Assembly: GCA_010093815.1 (NCBI GenBank)
Contig: ML996566.1
Length of the DNA: 64,000 bases
Origin: Pseudovirgaria hyperparasitica
Taxonomy: Eukaryota
Direction: 5' to 3' (one strand)
Positions 38,088 to 49,389 of the stretch are shown piece after piece (position 1 is the stretch's first letter; the number at the start of each line of letters is the position of its first letter). Position numbers and translations under genes: made by a program. The notes beneath the pieces are model-generated. The model saw nothing but the letters and a program-made list of their open reading frames with translations, was not told the origin of the DNA and did no database searches.

Positions 38088-38897
38088 ATGCCTCTAAACA
38101 CTACACCCCATCCTTTGTGGACACAACCACCGTCTACAATCAATCCATCGGGACCAAACACCAATAGAAAGTACCACGCCTGCGCAACACTCCTCAATAC
38201 GCCTCCCGGCCAGTCCTCGAAAGCACGATCCCCTCTCGCACTTAAACCTCGTGAAAGCCATGAGTCGCTGGCGAAGCGCGTCGAAGCGGCGCGTATATTA
38301 GAAAGCAACGAGATGTTGATATGGTACAGTGTGGCGCGGGACGAGGTAAAACACTTCACTTTATCCCCAAAGACGTTCGTCGCAAGGACGACTGCTGCTG
38401 CTGCTGCAATTCCCCGTTGCAAACATGCTGACAGCGTTATATTGCATATGAAGACCGTCCCGCAAACACGCCTACATTTCCAACGCATCGTCTCCGGTAT
38501 GCCCGCGCCGCCTGAGCCACCCTCGCCTACCTCGACAGTATCCTCCTTGTCGAATTCTCCGTTGCGAGAGTCGCCGCTACGCAACAACCCCTCGCTCACA
38601 TCTCCGTCCACATCATCAAGGAAAGGAAAGGCTCCGTGTAGTCCTCGCCAAAATCCTCGCCAAAACCCTACTGAACCAGCTGTCGACAACACAGACGCAC
38701 TGATGGCAGCAATGTTGGAAGCTGCTACAAGCGAGTCACTTGAGATGAATCCAACGCAGTATGCTACTGAAACTGCCGCAGGTCGGGCACGATACCCGCA
38801 AGCCAATGCATCAAATGTGGCCGGGCCTTCAACTGCAGCGGATAGACTCGATTTAGATGCAGATGATATTGATGATCACCTGTTTGACGAAACGTAG
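38088..38897 (+). CDS. Hypothetical fungal protein (Pro/Ser-rich)
   Basis: 269-codon ORF. Probable in-frame 108-nt intron 38346-38453 joins AARILESNEMLIWYSVARDE|TVPQTRLHF. Confidence 0.6.
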   Translation: MPLNTTPHPLWTQPPSTINPSGPNTNRKYHACATLLNTPPGQSSKARSPLALKPRESHESLAKRVEAARILESNEMLIWYSVARDEVKHFTLSPKTFVARTTAAAAAIPRCKHADSVILHMKTVPQTRLHFQRIVSGMPAPPEPPSPTSTVSSLSNSPLRESPLRNNPSLTSPSTSSRKGKAPCSPRQNPRQNPTEPAVDNTDALMAAMLEAATSESLEMNPTQYATETAAGRARYPQANASNVAGPSTAADRLDLDADDIDDHLFDET

Positions 38898-39133
38898 AAC
38901 GAGACTGTGTATAGTGAACATGACGAGTGTGTTTGAGAGAAGAAGTGAGTTTAGGCTAAGATGCGCCATGCTGATGACCTGTTTCTTTAGGCAATTCTTC
39001 TGGGCGGTAGTTGGGGATGTGTAACAAGTATTATGAGCGACAGGCATGCCAGAGATACCCGTGCGAATAAAATTGTAACATAGGATAACAAGCACATGTT
39101 TCAGTGAACGTTGACTGAATGATACGTATATGC

Positions 39134-39630
39134 TCATTCACCTTCTGTGCTTTTTGCTGTACATATATCTGGTGCATACTCCCCTACACTGACTGATGCA
39201 TGGATCCATCCCACGCCTAGCCCTCCTATGCAAATACATCCCAGCAGCCCCAAGACAACCATTTTTCTCTGAATGCTTTTCCTAACAGCCTCGCTCCTAT
39301 TCACACGTTAACTACCCCCTACCAAGCTCACATATATGCTTCCCCGCCATAATAGGGTCGGATTGTCCTTAGGATGCAATGGACTTACATCCCCTCCTCC
39401 ATGCCCACGTTGCGCCACCACGCCCCCCGATCGTCGTCCTTAGTCCGATTCACCATGCTCTCTGCGTCACCGACCTGTCGCCGCTCACTCACCTCCCACT
39501 TGTGTGCGTTCAGCTTGAGTTTCATGGCTCGAGCGGCCAGGGTGCCTCCACGCTTGAGCTGGTCGCGTATGCGCTCGGCCTCGGTCCAGCCGTTTGAAGG
39601 ACTAGAAGAACTTCGGAGGACCGGTAATTG
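39134..39630 (-). CDS. Putative readthrough C-terminal extension of PDK (81 aa unspliced; 134 aa with a TM-like helix if intron 39388-39297 is spliced)
   Basis: CAA TAG CAA TTA context and an open in-frame run to 39385. A gtaagt..gttaac..atag intron keeps the frame open to TGA 39136-39134. Confidence 0.55.
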
Positions 39631-41223
39631 CTATTGAAGGGGCTCAGAAGAAGAGGAGAGGCGGTTCAAATGGAGATAAACGTCAGTACCATACCTGAGG
39701 GTGTTGTTAGTAATGGCACTTGGCACGTGTATTTTTGACGTTGGAGAAGCTTTACCCTTCCATGCTAATGAGCTTGAGGTCACCGCCAAAGTACCGCGCA
39801 TACAGACGGGAAATGGGCAGACCATATCCAAAGCCCGCCATTGGTGCCTTGAAATCGCTTTTATTGAAGTCTGGGTCGAGATTCGGTGTTTGATCGACCG
39901 TCGTGTACATATATGTCCAAACAAGAGGTATTGAACTTCGCGGAATACCACCACCCTCATCACTGATCTTTATAGTTATATCTTCTTTGCCCTCTGCGAC
40001 GATGACTTTGGTCACGGGAAACTCTTCCTTGTCCTGACCGTGAGTTTCGACAACGGCGCGCAGCGAATTCTTCAGGGTCTCAAAGAGCATATGTGACAAA
40101 TGGCCAGGGACATACATAAAGTTGATATCGGGATTACAGATGAGTTGTACTTTAGGCGCATCAAAGAGTCCGTAGTGGTCTTCGCATACGAATCGAGCAT
40201 TCTCGATGGCTTCCATGGCGAGGTCTTTGACATTTGTCTTTGTGCATATAATTCCTACGTAATCCGAATCTGTGCGTTTCTTCTGATCCGTCAATGCGAT
40301 ATGCTGGCCGATCAACATTCGTATGCCGATGCGAGACATGTAAAAACGGTCAAGGAAGGCCTGGATGTTGTGATCAATTTGCATCCGTTGACGCTTGCGC
40401 TTGTACTCTAATATGCCTTGAGCTATACTTATAAGTCAGCGGATTGTTTGCGAAAGGTTCGTAACAACACTGACCAACAGTCGTTACAACACTGTCATGC
40501 CTCCTTTTGATTGTGTCCAGCGCCGCAGCGAAATTACTGTTGTATTGCGAAAGCTCCGGTGGCCAGTCTTCACCGTCGTCGGCAGCAACGTAGTATCTCC
40601 TAGCGGCAGTCACTTGCTTTCCGTGGCCGTTTCCATTCCCATTGGTGGCTGGCGCTGATTTGTACTGGCCCTGCTTGACTGAAGGGTTCTGTGTGGTCTG
40701 GCTGAGCATTCGCGTGTCCCGCGCATTCTTTTTCGCTGGCTTCAGCAGTCTGTCGCGCACTTCTGTGGTCAAAGATGGCCGAGGTAATGTTGTTAATTCC
40801 TGTGCGCCTGTGAGTCTTCAGAATAACAACGTCAGAGGGTGATAGTGCATACCTCGAACGACTGTGCGTACCAATCCTGTACTCTTTGTATAGATGGCAT
40901 ATCATTCAGCCCATCGGGGAGATCATTGAGTTCTTGCACACGATGTGCCAGCCGTATGGGAAGTTCTTCGGACAGAAATTGTGATGCGCGAAAGAGAGTG
41001 CCCGTGGATGGTCGTTCTCCAAACTGCACCATTTGTCGTAGAGACACACCTATAGCTGTCAGACATCTTGAGCGCAATATAGGTAGCCATGCAAGTCTTA
41101 CCTGTGGCAGGAAAGTTGCTGTAGTGCTGCGATTGATTAGCACACCTAGTCATACAGTGATGTCCAGCGACAAGAGCATACCTTGATGGTCTCCATCAGC
41201 TCTCTAGACTTCTTCCATGACAT
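39631..41223 (-). CDS. Mitochondrial pyruvate dehydrogenase kinase (PDK/BCKDK family)
   Basis: Six exons: 41223-41182, 41126-41102, 41049-40853, 40799-40475, 40422-39756, 39694-39631. Motifs ELPIRLAHR, RFYMSRIGIRMLIGQH, FETLKNSLRA, DEGGGIP, MAGFGYGLPISRLYARYFGG; ends RLSSSSEPLQ*. Confidence 0.96.
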
Positions 41224-41920
41224 GACGGGTATGAATCTTCAAGGGCAATGTGCCCTCGAACGCGTCCTAAGCAGTCAACGTTGAGGTGCAGCCGACGTGG
41301 GGTGAGTCGTGTTGCTCTGACTATGACGCCGTTCCCATGGAAGCTATACGTGAAGCTACCAAGGTGGATATATACGGTTTAGAAATTGTGGTGTGCGGTC
41401 ATAAATCACGAAGTAATAGCAGACATGGTAGATAGAGTGAGTAGGAAGCGAAAAACAAGCAATTGGGTCGACTATCGGGCGACGATGGTGTGTATAGGTA
41501 GGCGACGCTGTCCCTTGAGTGACTACAGCCCAGGGTATGAGCGGACAGTCTCACTTGCAGGGAGCTCCGCGGTGGGCAAAGTTGCCGAACCCTCCCCCCT
41601 CCGTGCGTGTGCCGTCACCACCTCGGAGTTCACGTGCCCTGCCTTTTTTCTGATTCGCTGTCCATTCCAGACTACCAAAAGCTGTCTTTATTCACATTGT
41701 AAAGTGGTGATGTTGTCGCATGTACTGGCTGGAACGGGCAAGATACGACTCCCAAATCTGACTATGGTTCGGAATGACATCTTCTGCCGCGCCCATGGAT
41801 AGCACACCTCAAGCATCGTGAAGCGTTATAAAGCCAAGACCTGAAGCTGTACTAATGCAACATGATATCCACAGATAATCCATAGTCACAGAATAGGTCT
41901 TGCATCAATCACTGATAATA

Positions 41921-41960
41921 ACCACCTTATAGCCAGCCCAACCACCTTATAGCCAGCCCA
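41921..41960 (+). repeat. Exact 20-bp tandem duplication (accaccttatagccagccca x2)
   Basis: Directly visible. Confidence 0.9.
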
Positions 41961-42540
41961 GCTCAGGTGCCCCTGGAGTGTAGCCTCGGTAGTGTTCGGG
42001 GCGACATCGCCTCTCATCCGCTTGAGCTGGCTGCGCTGCACGTCACACTACAGCTCCAGTTCCACCTCCTTGGCTGCGGCTCGGCGCATCCTGGTAGCTT
42101 CATGGGAGGGTATGCGCGTGACACTTGAAATTTCTCATGAGGTATTAGTCGCTAGAGATAGAAAGGCGAGCCGTATACGTGTCATTGATTTCCAACAAGT
42201 CTTGGAGTGAAACCCTATACTAGTACCGGTATGAAATGATTGCTGCTGCTGAGACCATGCTGGCTGCGAATACAGATGCGTATGGCCATGTCAACGACCA
42301 GAACACAGACTAGGTTGTAGCTCTATCGTCTATTTGACGTGAAAGTGGAGAATCTGAATTTACGGCAAAGTGCACCCATCAGTAGCACACCTAACCCCGG
42401 TCTAAATGCAAACAAAAGTAGTATATACAAAATCAGCGTTTCGGGTTCTAGACAGGAAGCCTCCTATCGTACGTCTTTTCAGGAATGTTGGTACATGAGG
42501 TTGCTCGGAAGAAAGGAATCGACGCATCTCATTATAACGT

Positions 42541-43181
42541 TTATTTGGTCGATTCGCGGAGGAAGGTAATCAGGTCATTTCGCTCCTTGGGCTTCTTCAG
42601 GCCACCGAATGCCATCTTTGTTCCAGGAATGTATTTCTTGGGGTTCTCAAGGTAGTCGAACTGTATTGGCGTTAGTGACTATTATCAAGAATGACGCGAT
42701 AGCGACGAGCCGCAGACACATACCAGAGTGTCCTCCTGCCACTCTACACCCTTCTCCTTGTTGGCATCGGTGTAGGAGAAGCCCTCGACCTGGCCGGACT
42801 TGCGGCCGAACAGACCATGAAGGTTAGGGCCAATCTTGTTGGCCTCGCCCTTCCCTAAGGTATGACATTGTGCGCAACGAGTCTTGAAGAGGCCAGCTCC
42901 TTTCTTAGCATCGCCTGAAATTGCATATTAGCTTCGTTCTAGTAGTCCGCAAACGCCACTTCAAGAAAATTGAAAGCCTTCATGTTCCATCTCAATCAAG
43001 CGATTCTTTCGGGAGCGCGAAGCTTCAAATGTAGTTGCGCAGTTTATGCAACTGAGGCCGGAAGCTTATGATACAGTTGCACCGTATACTGTGGTCGCTG
43101 GACGATGTATACGTATTCTTATCGTCGAGTATGGATGACGTCGTAGAGTCAAAAGAATGTCTTACCGTCTGAGAAGCCCAT
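42541..43181 (-). CDS. CYC1: Cytochrome c, 108 aa (not in the ORF track)
   Basis: Exons 43181-43166, 42914-42724, 42660-42541 give [47 protein letters not shown]...[18 protein letters not shown], with the CxxCH heme motif and Met ligand. Confidence 0.98.
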
Positions 43182-43376
43182 TGTGGATGGTTATGTAGGT
43201 GAATAGCACAGGAAATGTGGTTGGTGAGATGGCGAGGTGGTAGAGATGTATAAGGCGTTGTCTGATGGATTATGATGATGTTATGGAGTAGTAGAGGATG
43301 AGAAGAAAGTTTCGAGCGCAAAAGCCAGCTTTTTCTATGAAGGCGATCGAAATGGCGCTAAAAGGACCCGCCGCAT

Positions 43377-43396
43377 CCAATCAACAGCCGAGTGAT
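43377..43396 (+). promoter_or_regulatory. Bipartite CBC:HapX-type motif CCAAT-N12-GAT in the cytochrome c promoter
   Basis: CCAAT caacagccgagt GAT fits CSAATN12RWT. Further CCAAT boxes lie at 43398 and 43483-43487 (minus). Confidence 0.65.
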
Positions 43397-44728
43397 TCCA
43401 ATCTCCCGGCAAATTCTCGCAGATTCCCGTGACGCGGGCCCGTCATCTCCCTTCTATGACAGCCACAGCCACAGCTACATTGATTGGCACAGCTCCACTC
43501 GGCTGTTTAATGTTCTCTGTCTTCTTCTTCATCATTCACTATGATATCCCACACAGGCACCCTGACACATTGACTATCTCATATGTGTCTCAGTTGTACC
43601 GATTCCACTCATTTCGACATGTTCGAAGATTCCCACAGCGACTGTTAAACAACCGTCATTTACCGTGGGCAACAAAGAGTCCGACGCTACGCTTGAGATC
43701 TCGCAAACGAACGAGAAAATCGATAGCACAAAACCATTTCATTAAGCTTACATATGATACAGGTGGATTCAGTCTTCTTTTCCTTAGTCATCATCGATCG
43801 ATGCTGTCCGGTAGGATCTCGACCAGAAATTTTACTAATCGATCACGATACCCGTCGCGTCATGACCAGTATATTTGCTGTGCCTTCCACACAAAGTCAA
43901 CAATATCCTGTGTTCCTCAATGACCTATCCCATATGGTAAGGTAGTTAAGTGAGACATTCAGTAGATGCTCGAGTTGCGTCAATAGGCTTTTATGCTCTG
44001 GCGTAATCCTCTCTCATTCAACGACGAAGCCCTTTGGACTGGTATGACTTATGAACATATCCAATGCTGTTCGCAGGCGTCGTCCGTCACTCTTCTCTCA
44101 TGTTACGTGTGGACACTCAACGCGACATAGGTGGATTCGGAAGAATCATTACGCGGTTGCCTTGGCATTACTGTCGGCAGTGTCTAGGATGAGGTTCGGT
44201 TATGTTGCAGGACGCAAGAGATACAATACTCCTGTACATACGGTACCACCCAGTGCTAAGATGACAGCTGAAGGCTCAGTCTCATATTTATAGGTGCATT
44301 GTCAGGTTCAAGCACGACTTCGAACACCTCACTGCAGAGATCTACGTAATTGACCGTCGACTGACGACCGTTGTAGTGTTACTACCCGGCTGCAGCTAAT
44401 ATAATATTAACCTTGGAAAGGTGCCAATTTCAAGGGTCGGGTACGGCGATCTCGCCAATTCTTTCCGGCAGCAGAAAATGGACAGGGATAGGTAGGAAAA
44501 TAACCTCGTTGACATGTACCCCGCTAGCACTTACACGTATAATATACAGGGCTTATTCTTACAACACATATATATATATCTCCTATACCGAAAGAGACTT
44601 CTTATATAGTTACTGATTACTTCAACCACATCCTAGCTTACCATCACTCGCTCGCCCTTTTCGCTTCTGGCCAACATCACAAAGAATTCAGATCATGCTC
44701 TAATTCAGCTCACCTGGTGTAACAAAGT

Positions 44729-45888
44729 ATGAACCGTATCCCTGACATCCTCTACGCAGACCGCAAAGCAAGCACATGGGTCATTGTTGGCGCCTCGCGT
44801 GGTATAGGACTTGAGTTTGTACGACAGCTACTTGATCGTGGGGAGCGCATCATTGCGACCGTACGTGAGCCTGTCGCGAGCACTGCCAGAGCTCTGTGGG
44901 GTGTGAGTGGAAGCGACCACGGGAGAGCGCAGATGTACGTATGCGATGTGATCAGTGAAGCCAGTATCAAGGTACGTTCTGTAGTATGGACACATTCAAG
45001 GAAACTCCAGAGGAAGTGTACAACCCTAACATAATGTCAGAATTTTGTCAACCAACTTACCTTGATACCGAATCTGAAGATCGACTATGTGGTCGTCAAT
45101 GCGGGTGTTTTGCAATATCCTAATGTTTGTTTGTATATCATATATCTCTGAGATGTTCCACTGATGTTGCACAGAGAGCTACTGAGCTGTAGGTCTCCGG
45201 ATTTCAATTTCGATTGGTTATGTTTTATTACGTCCTTTAAAAACTACCACAGATCCTTCGACCAATTTGCCTTTCATTTACATACCAACACAATCGGGCC
45301 GATAATCACAGCTCAGAAGCTGCTCCAAACACGCATTCCGATCGGAACCATCGTTTTCATGTCAAGCGACTCAGGTAGCGCTACTCTATTTCGGGATATG
45401 GAAGATGGGTATGTACGATGCTTACAACCTTCTTGTAGAGACAGCTTTTACGTGCCAAACTGGATAGGATCCTGACGTGGTACATCAGGTTTGCGGCATA
45501 TTCAGCCTCGAAAGCGGCCCTGAATCAGATGTTACGACATATGGCCGCAGAGCTGAAACGTACGGATGACGATACGATTATCTTGGCTATGCATCCAGGA
45601 GAGGTAGCTACGTGAGAAGCCACTCTTTAATGTTCACCCGTTAAACGCATTCGTTGACGTAAGGATGCTAATATATAGCAGTGATATGGGCAACATCGAG
45701 ACGCCCTTCGAAGTCGACGGCGTTATCACAGCCCAAGAATCAGTCAAGTGCATGATCGATGTTATCCAAAGTAAAGGCATACAGCATAGTGGGACATTCT
45801 GGACGTGGGAGAACAAGGTACGTGACTTCATCATGTCGGTAGTCCGTGCAAGGATATGACTCATGTGGTATAGGCATATCCATGGTGA
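44729..45888 (+). CDS. Short-chain dehydrogenase/reductase, CsgA/C-factor-like
   Basis: Seven exons including a 14-nt micro-exon at 45175-45188. Motifs VGASRGIGLEF, VVNAGV, MSSDSGS, YSASKAALN, MHPGEVAT|DMG, GTFWTWENK|AYPW*. Confidence 0.9.
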
Positions 45889-46088
45889 GGACTGTACGAA
45901 AGGCTCGCTATGCGTTATATGCATTATAGATCTATAGAGATGCATGGCTCAATTCCTTGTCTCCCACCTCACCCCAGTATAACTTACATCCCATCTCAGA
46001 TCACCGGGCTCACTTTCCAGAGCTAGATCTAAGTGCGACCAATATAGATCCGGTTGCATACAAGCCACAAACCCAAGACGCCTCTCAA

Positions 46089-47645
46089 TCAAAGCTCACT
46101 GATCAAAATCTCACCGCTGTGGCCCTGCCCAAACAGAAATGCCCACTGCCCGGTCTTTTTGAGTCCTTGACTAACATCCGCCAGTCCATCCTTGATATCC
46201 TTCTCAGTATACGCCTTGGTGGATTCTTCATTTGCCTCTGGAAAGCCTTGGAGGAACCACTCGGGGCTCTCGTTGATCTCACCTTCTTCTTGACTGGGAG
46301 CCTTTTCGTCTTGATCCTGGAGAATGGTTTTGGCGGATACGCTGGAGAGGAGTGGACGCACGTTGTAGCGTGGGTGATCCTTGACGGAGTAGGATTCTGG
46401 GTAGTTTCTTGCGTCATGGAGTTGGGTGGTTCGGGTGTCTGTTTGGTTGCGACCACGATGAGCATGCTGATGGGCGTAATGACGCATATCACGCATCTGT
46501 TTCCTCCCCTGGGCTCGTTGTTCCCCTCGTGCCACATCTCCTTTATTCATGCCCTCCCTGCGAGCATCTCGGCTATGCATCAACTCCCCTGTCTGCATCC
46601 TGGCCCGCTCACCGCTATCAAAATCCTTTGTTTGTTTCCGGAACTTCGGAGTGTTCCGCACCTTCCCGATCCCCAATCTCTTCCGATCCTTCGCCTCAGC
46701 TTCACGCCTTCGATGCTCGATGCGACGTAGACGCTTTGCGCCATCACGTTCGCGCATAGAGACGCGACGGGCAGAGTGGTGATTCGCAGTCTGATTGTTG
46801 CGATTGTTCGTAGTTCTCAACGGGAGCCTCTGCTTGTTTGTGGCCATTGGTGACGAAGGCTCATCGTGCCCACGTATCTCGTCTTTCTCCTTCTCAAAAT
46901 ACGGTAGCTCAACCTCATAGTGGCTTCCAGCACTAAAATCACCATGCGCGTTCATCCCACGAACGGCAGGTTCATCCCTGAAGACAGTCCGCAGAGGACA
47001 CAGCGAAAGCATGCATATGCGGTGATGCACAAACCCCGGTGGCGGAATAAGCGTGAACCGCGAGGATATGAAATGTCGGAATCTGCATATGTAATGAGGA
47101 TTGCGGCGCACAAGACGGCAGTCGCCGTGGTGGTACCAGAACGAGCAGATGGTTCTGCTATAATCAACGGCGTCAGCAGGTAGGGCGTCGCGACCTTGGC
47201 CTGTTGCTGTTGGTATTTGAAAGGGTGCAGTATGAGAGTCGTGGTGGCCTGTAATCTCTGAGTGTCGGGAGACTAAAGTGGAAGTCTGAGCCGAACTCGA
47301 TGGCAAGATCAAGGCTGGAGAAACGGGTTGAGGAATCATGGATGGAGATGTTGCTGCGGTGATACAAGCAATAGTCTCCGGGGAAAGGTTAAGCTGGAGA
47401 AACGCGAGACTCGGTACTTTTGCCGAGTCTATAATTGACAGCAACTGCTTTTCTGGAAGTGGTGATGTAGGTGAGATGCAGTCGGTCAGAGACGGCGTAT
47501 ATGAAGTCGTGGACGAAGCCGTTGAAGTTGGTGACGACATCTCCGCAAGTAGAAGGGTAAGATCGTATTCGATTGAATGTTGATCGTATAGAGTGTTTTC
47601 AAGACGTGGTGGTGGGCAGCAGGCAGCAATATTGATCGAGACCAT
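46089..47645 (-). CDS. Hypothetical protein with a CCCH-like zinc finger and an Arg-rich region
   Basis: 518-codon ORF containing CSFWYHHGDC..ICRFRH. The true start is uncertain (could be MSSPTST). Confidence 0.6.
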   Translation of the reverse strand: MVSINIAACCPPPRLENTLYDQHSIEYDLTLLLAEMSSPTSTASSTTSYTPSLTDCISPTSPLPEKQLLSIIDSAKVPSLAFLQLNLSPETIACITAATSPSMIPQPVSPALILPSSSAQTSTLVSRHSEITGHHDSHTAPFQIPTATGQGRDALPADAVDYSRTICSFWYHHGDCRLVRRNPHYICRFRHFISSRFTLIPPPGFVHHRICMLSLCPLRTVFRDEPAVRGMNAHGDFSAGSHYEVELPYFEKEKDEIRGHDEPSSPMATNKQRLPLRTTNNRNNQTANHHSARRVSMRERDGAKRLRRIEHRRREAEAKDRKRLGIGKVRNTPKFRKQTKDFDSGERARMQTGELMHSRDARREGMNKGDVARGEQRAQGRKQMRDMRHYAHQHAHRGRNQTDTRTTQLHDARNYPESYSVKDHPRYNVRPLLSSVSAKTILQDQDEKAPSQEEGEINESPEWFLQGFPEANEESTKAYTEKDIKDGLADVSQGLKKTGQWAFLFGQGHSGEILISEL

Positions 47646-47884
47646 CGGCAGAATGGTCGAGCAAACGGGTAGATAAGCCTGTTAAAAGACTGATATAATG
47701 AATGTGAATAAGAACGAGAACTGAGTCGAAAAGAGCCGGAGCTATAAGCGAATAATATGTAAACACTGCTCGCGATGCAGAGGGTGAAGTCAGGACTAGT
47801 GATAATTTGCGGTTCAAGACTACAAGAAAAGGAGTGAATGACGAGATCCGACCAAGGGATTGAAAGACTAAAAATTCACATGCA

Positions 47885-49389
47885 TTAATATCGAGCCCCC
47901 AATCCAGCAATGGCAAAGACTAATTTAAGCAAACCCCAAGAGACCAATGCCAATCCACCGAAAGCAATAACAAGGGTCTGTAAATTCTTCCTCTCTATCT
48001 TACTCCATTTCCCTGGCTGACCGACTTCACCCATATTCGTAATAGTCTCATACTGTGGAATATACTTCAACTCGAACAATGTTTCCACTCCACCCAGGCC
48101 GACTTTACTCTTCACAACCAATTCATAGTACAGCCTCTTCAACCAGGCAATCTTTCTTCGATCCAAGTAAGAGATACTTCGCGCCGTGTAGCACATAAAC
48201 ATAAAGAACAAACACTGTCCAGCCATTAAAGCAGAATAATATAGACTGGGTCGTGGCAAAGCAAGTTTATCTGCCAAGTCATTCCCATTCAGCCATCTTG
48301 CACTGGCAGTCAACATCTCGGCGCTTGCGAACGCTGGAGGCTGCCCTTGCAAGCATATGATGACGTTGTTGGCTAGAATCTTGCTTGTCTCACTGGGCTG
48401 TACTTCATGTAACAGTAAAGTCTCCACGATTGCTTTGGCCTTGCTCGGACTTGCGAAGGTCTCGTGTGGTGTGCCCATCAGGTATGCAACGTACCGCCAC
48501 AAGGCTAGGTAATCTTCAGTTTCCTGCTTTCGAAGGAAAATACCTTGACGGGGAAGTGATATCCAGATAAGGGTAGAGCTGAATGTTGCAATCGTGCCGA
48601 TGCAGTCTAGGTCATTGATTGGCACACCCCATTGCTCAAGATCATAGTAGTCTGGCCGAGTAGCACGCATAGCCATGATGCGTTGACGAACAGCAGCGTG
48701 AAGTAACCGCACACGAATGGAAGCTTGGAAGCCGGCGCCATTAGGCTTGATAGATTCGAGGGATTGTGTGCATTGGAGGATGTGCTGTGTGGTTTCGAGG
48801 AGTCGACGTCGTGCGACCTTCGGCGCAAATCCTCCGGTACGTGCAAGGGTTTCCACGACACGAGCCGCACCCATACCACCGAGAAGCGATTGGTATGTGA
48901 GACCTGTAAGAGCAGGACCGCCGTATCTGTAGAAGACATCCTGTCCACGCTGTATCTGGTCCCAATCGACCCAGTCCGGAACAGTTGTGACTTCGGCCCA
49001 CAGCGTGGAAAGAGATTCGTCCGAATGGGCATGCTCCTTCAACAACGCATAGAGGTCACGCTGGACTACAGACTTCAGGTCGGGAGGCTTGGTTGAAGCG
49101 TCATCCTGAAGGGTATCTTTGACAGGCTTGGTAGCTTTGACATCACTGTTACGTGGTAAAGTCCCTTTTGGGGGACATATCTCATTCAGCTTGAGGAGGG
49201 CATCTTCAGCGAGACGGTCGTAAGTGAATTTCAGGGGCTGTAACTCTTCTTTGCTAGGGTGATCATCAGTCAACTCGTACGTATAGCCCCAAGCCCTATG
49301 ACCATATCAGTACAACATTCCTAATCAGGCTAGTGGAGCAGTAGACAAACGTCCGAGTGTTTGGACCCTTCCAAAGCGGCCCCAACCAT
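47885..49389 (-). CDS. MpaB/Lcp-like (DUF2236) heme oxygenase-family protein with C-terminal membrane anchor
   Basis: Exons 49389-49351 and 49295-47885. Motifs PDWVDWDQIQRGQDVF, RRLLETTQH, RVRLLHAAVR, WGVPINDLD, hydrophobic C-terminus. Confidence 0.88.

Noticed and set aside
41880..42140. Minus-strand protein-like fragment MRRAAAKEVELEL*CDVQRSQLKRMRGD near the 20-bp duplication
   Set aside because: Too short and no recognisable family; cannot be called a pseudogene without a search.
45957..46730. 257-aa plus-strand ORF
   Set aside because: Antisense shadow of the 518-aa minus-strand ORF; its hydrophobic look mirrors Lys/Glu/Arg codons.
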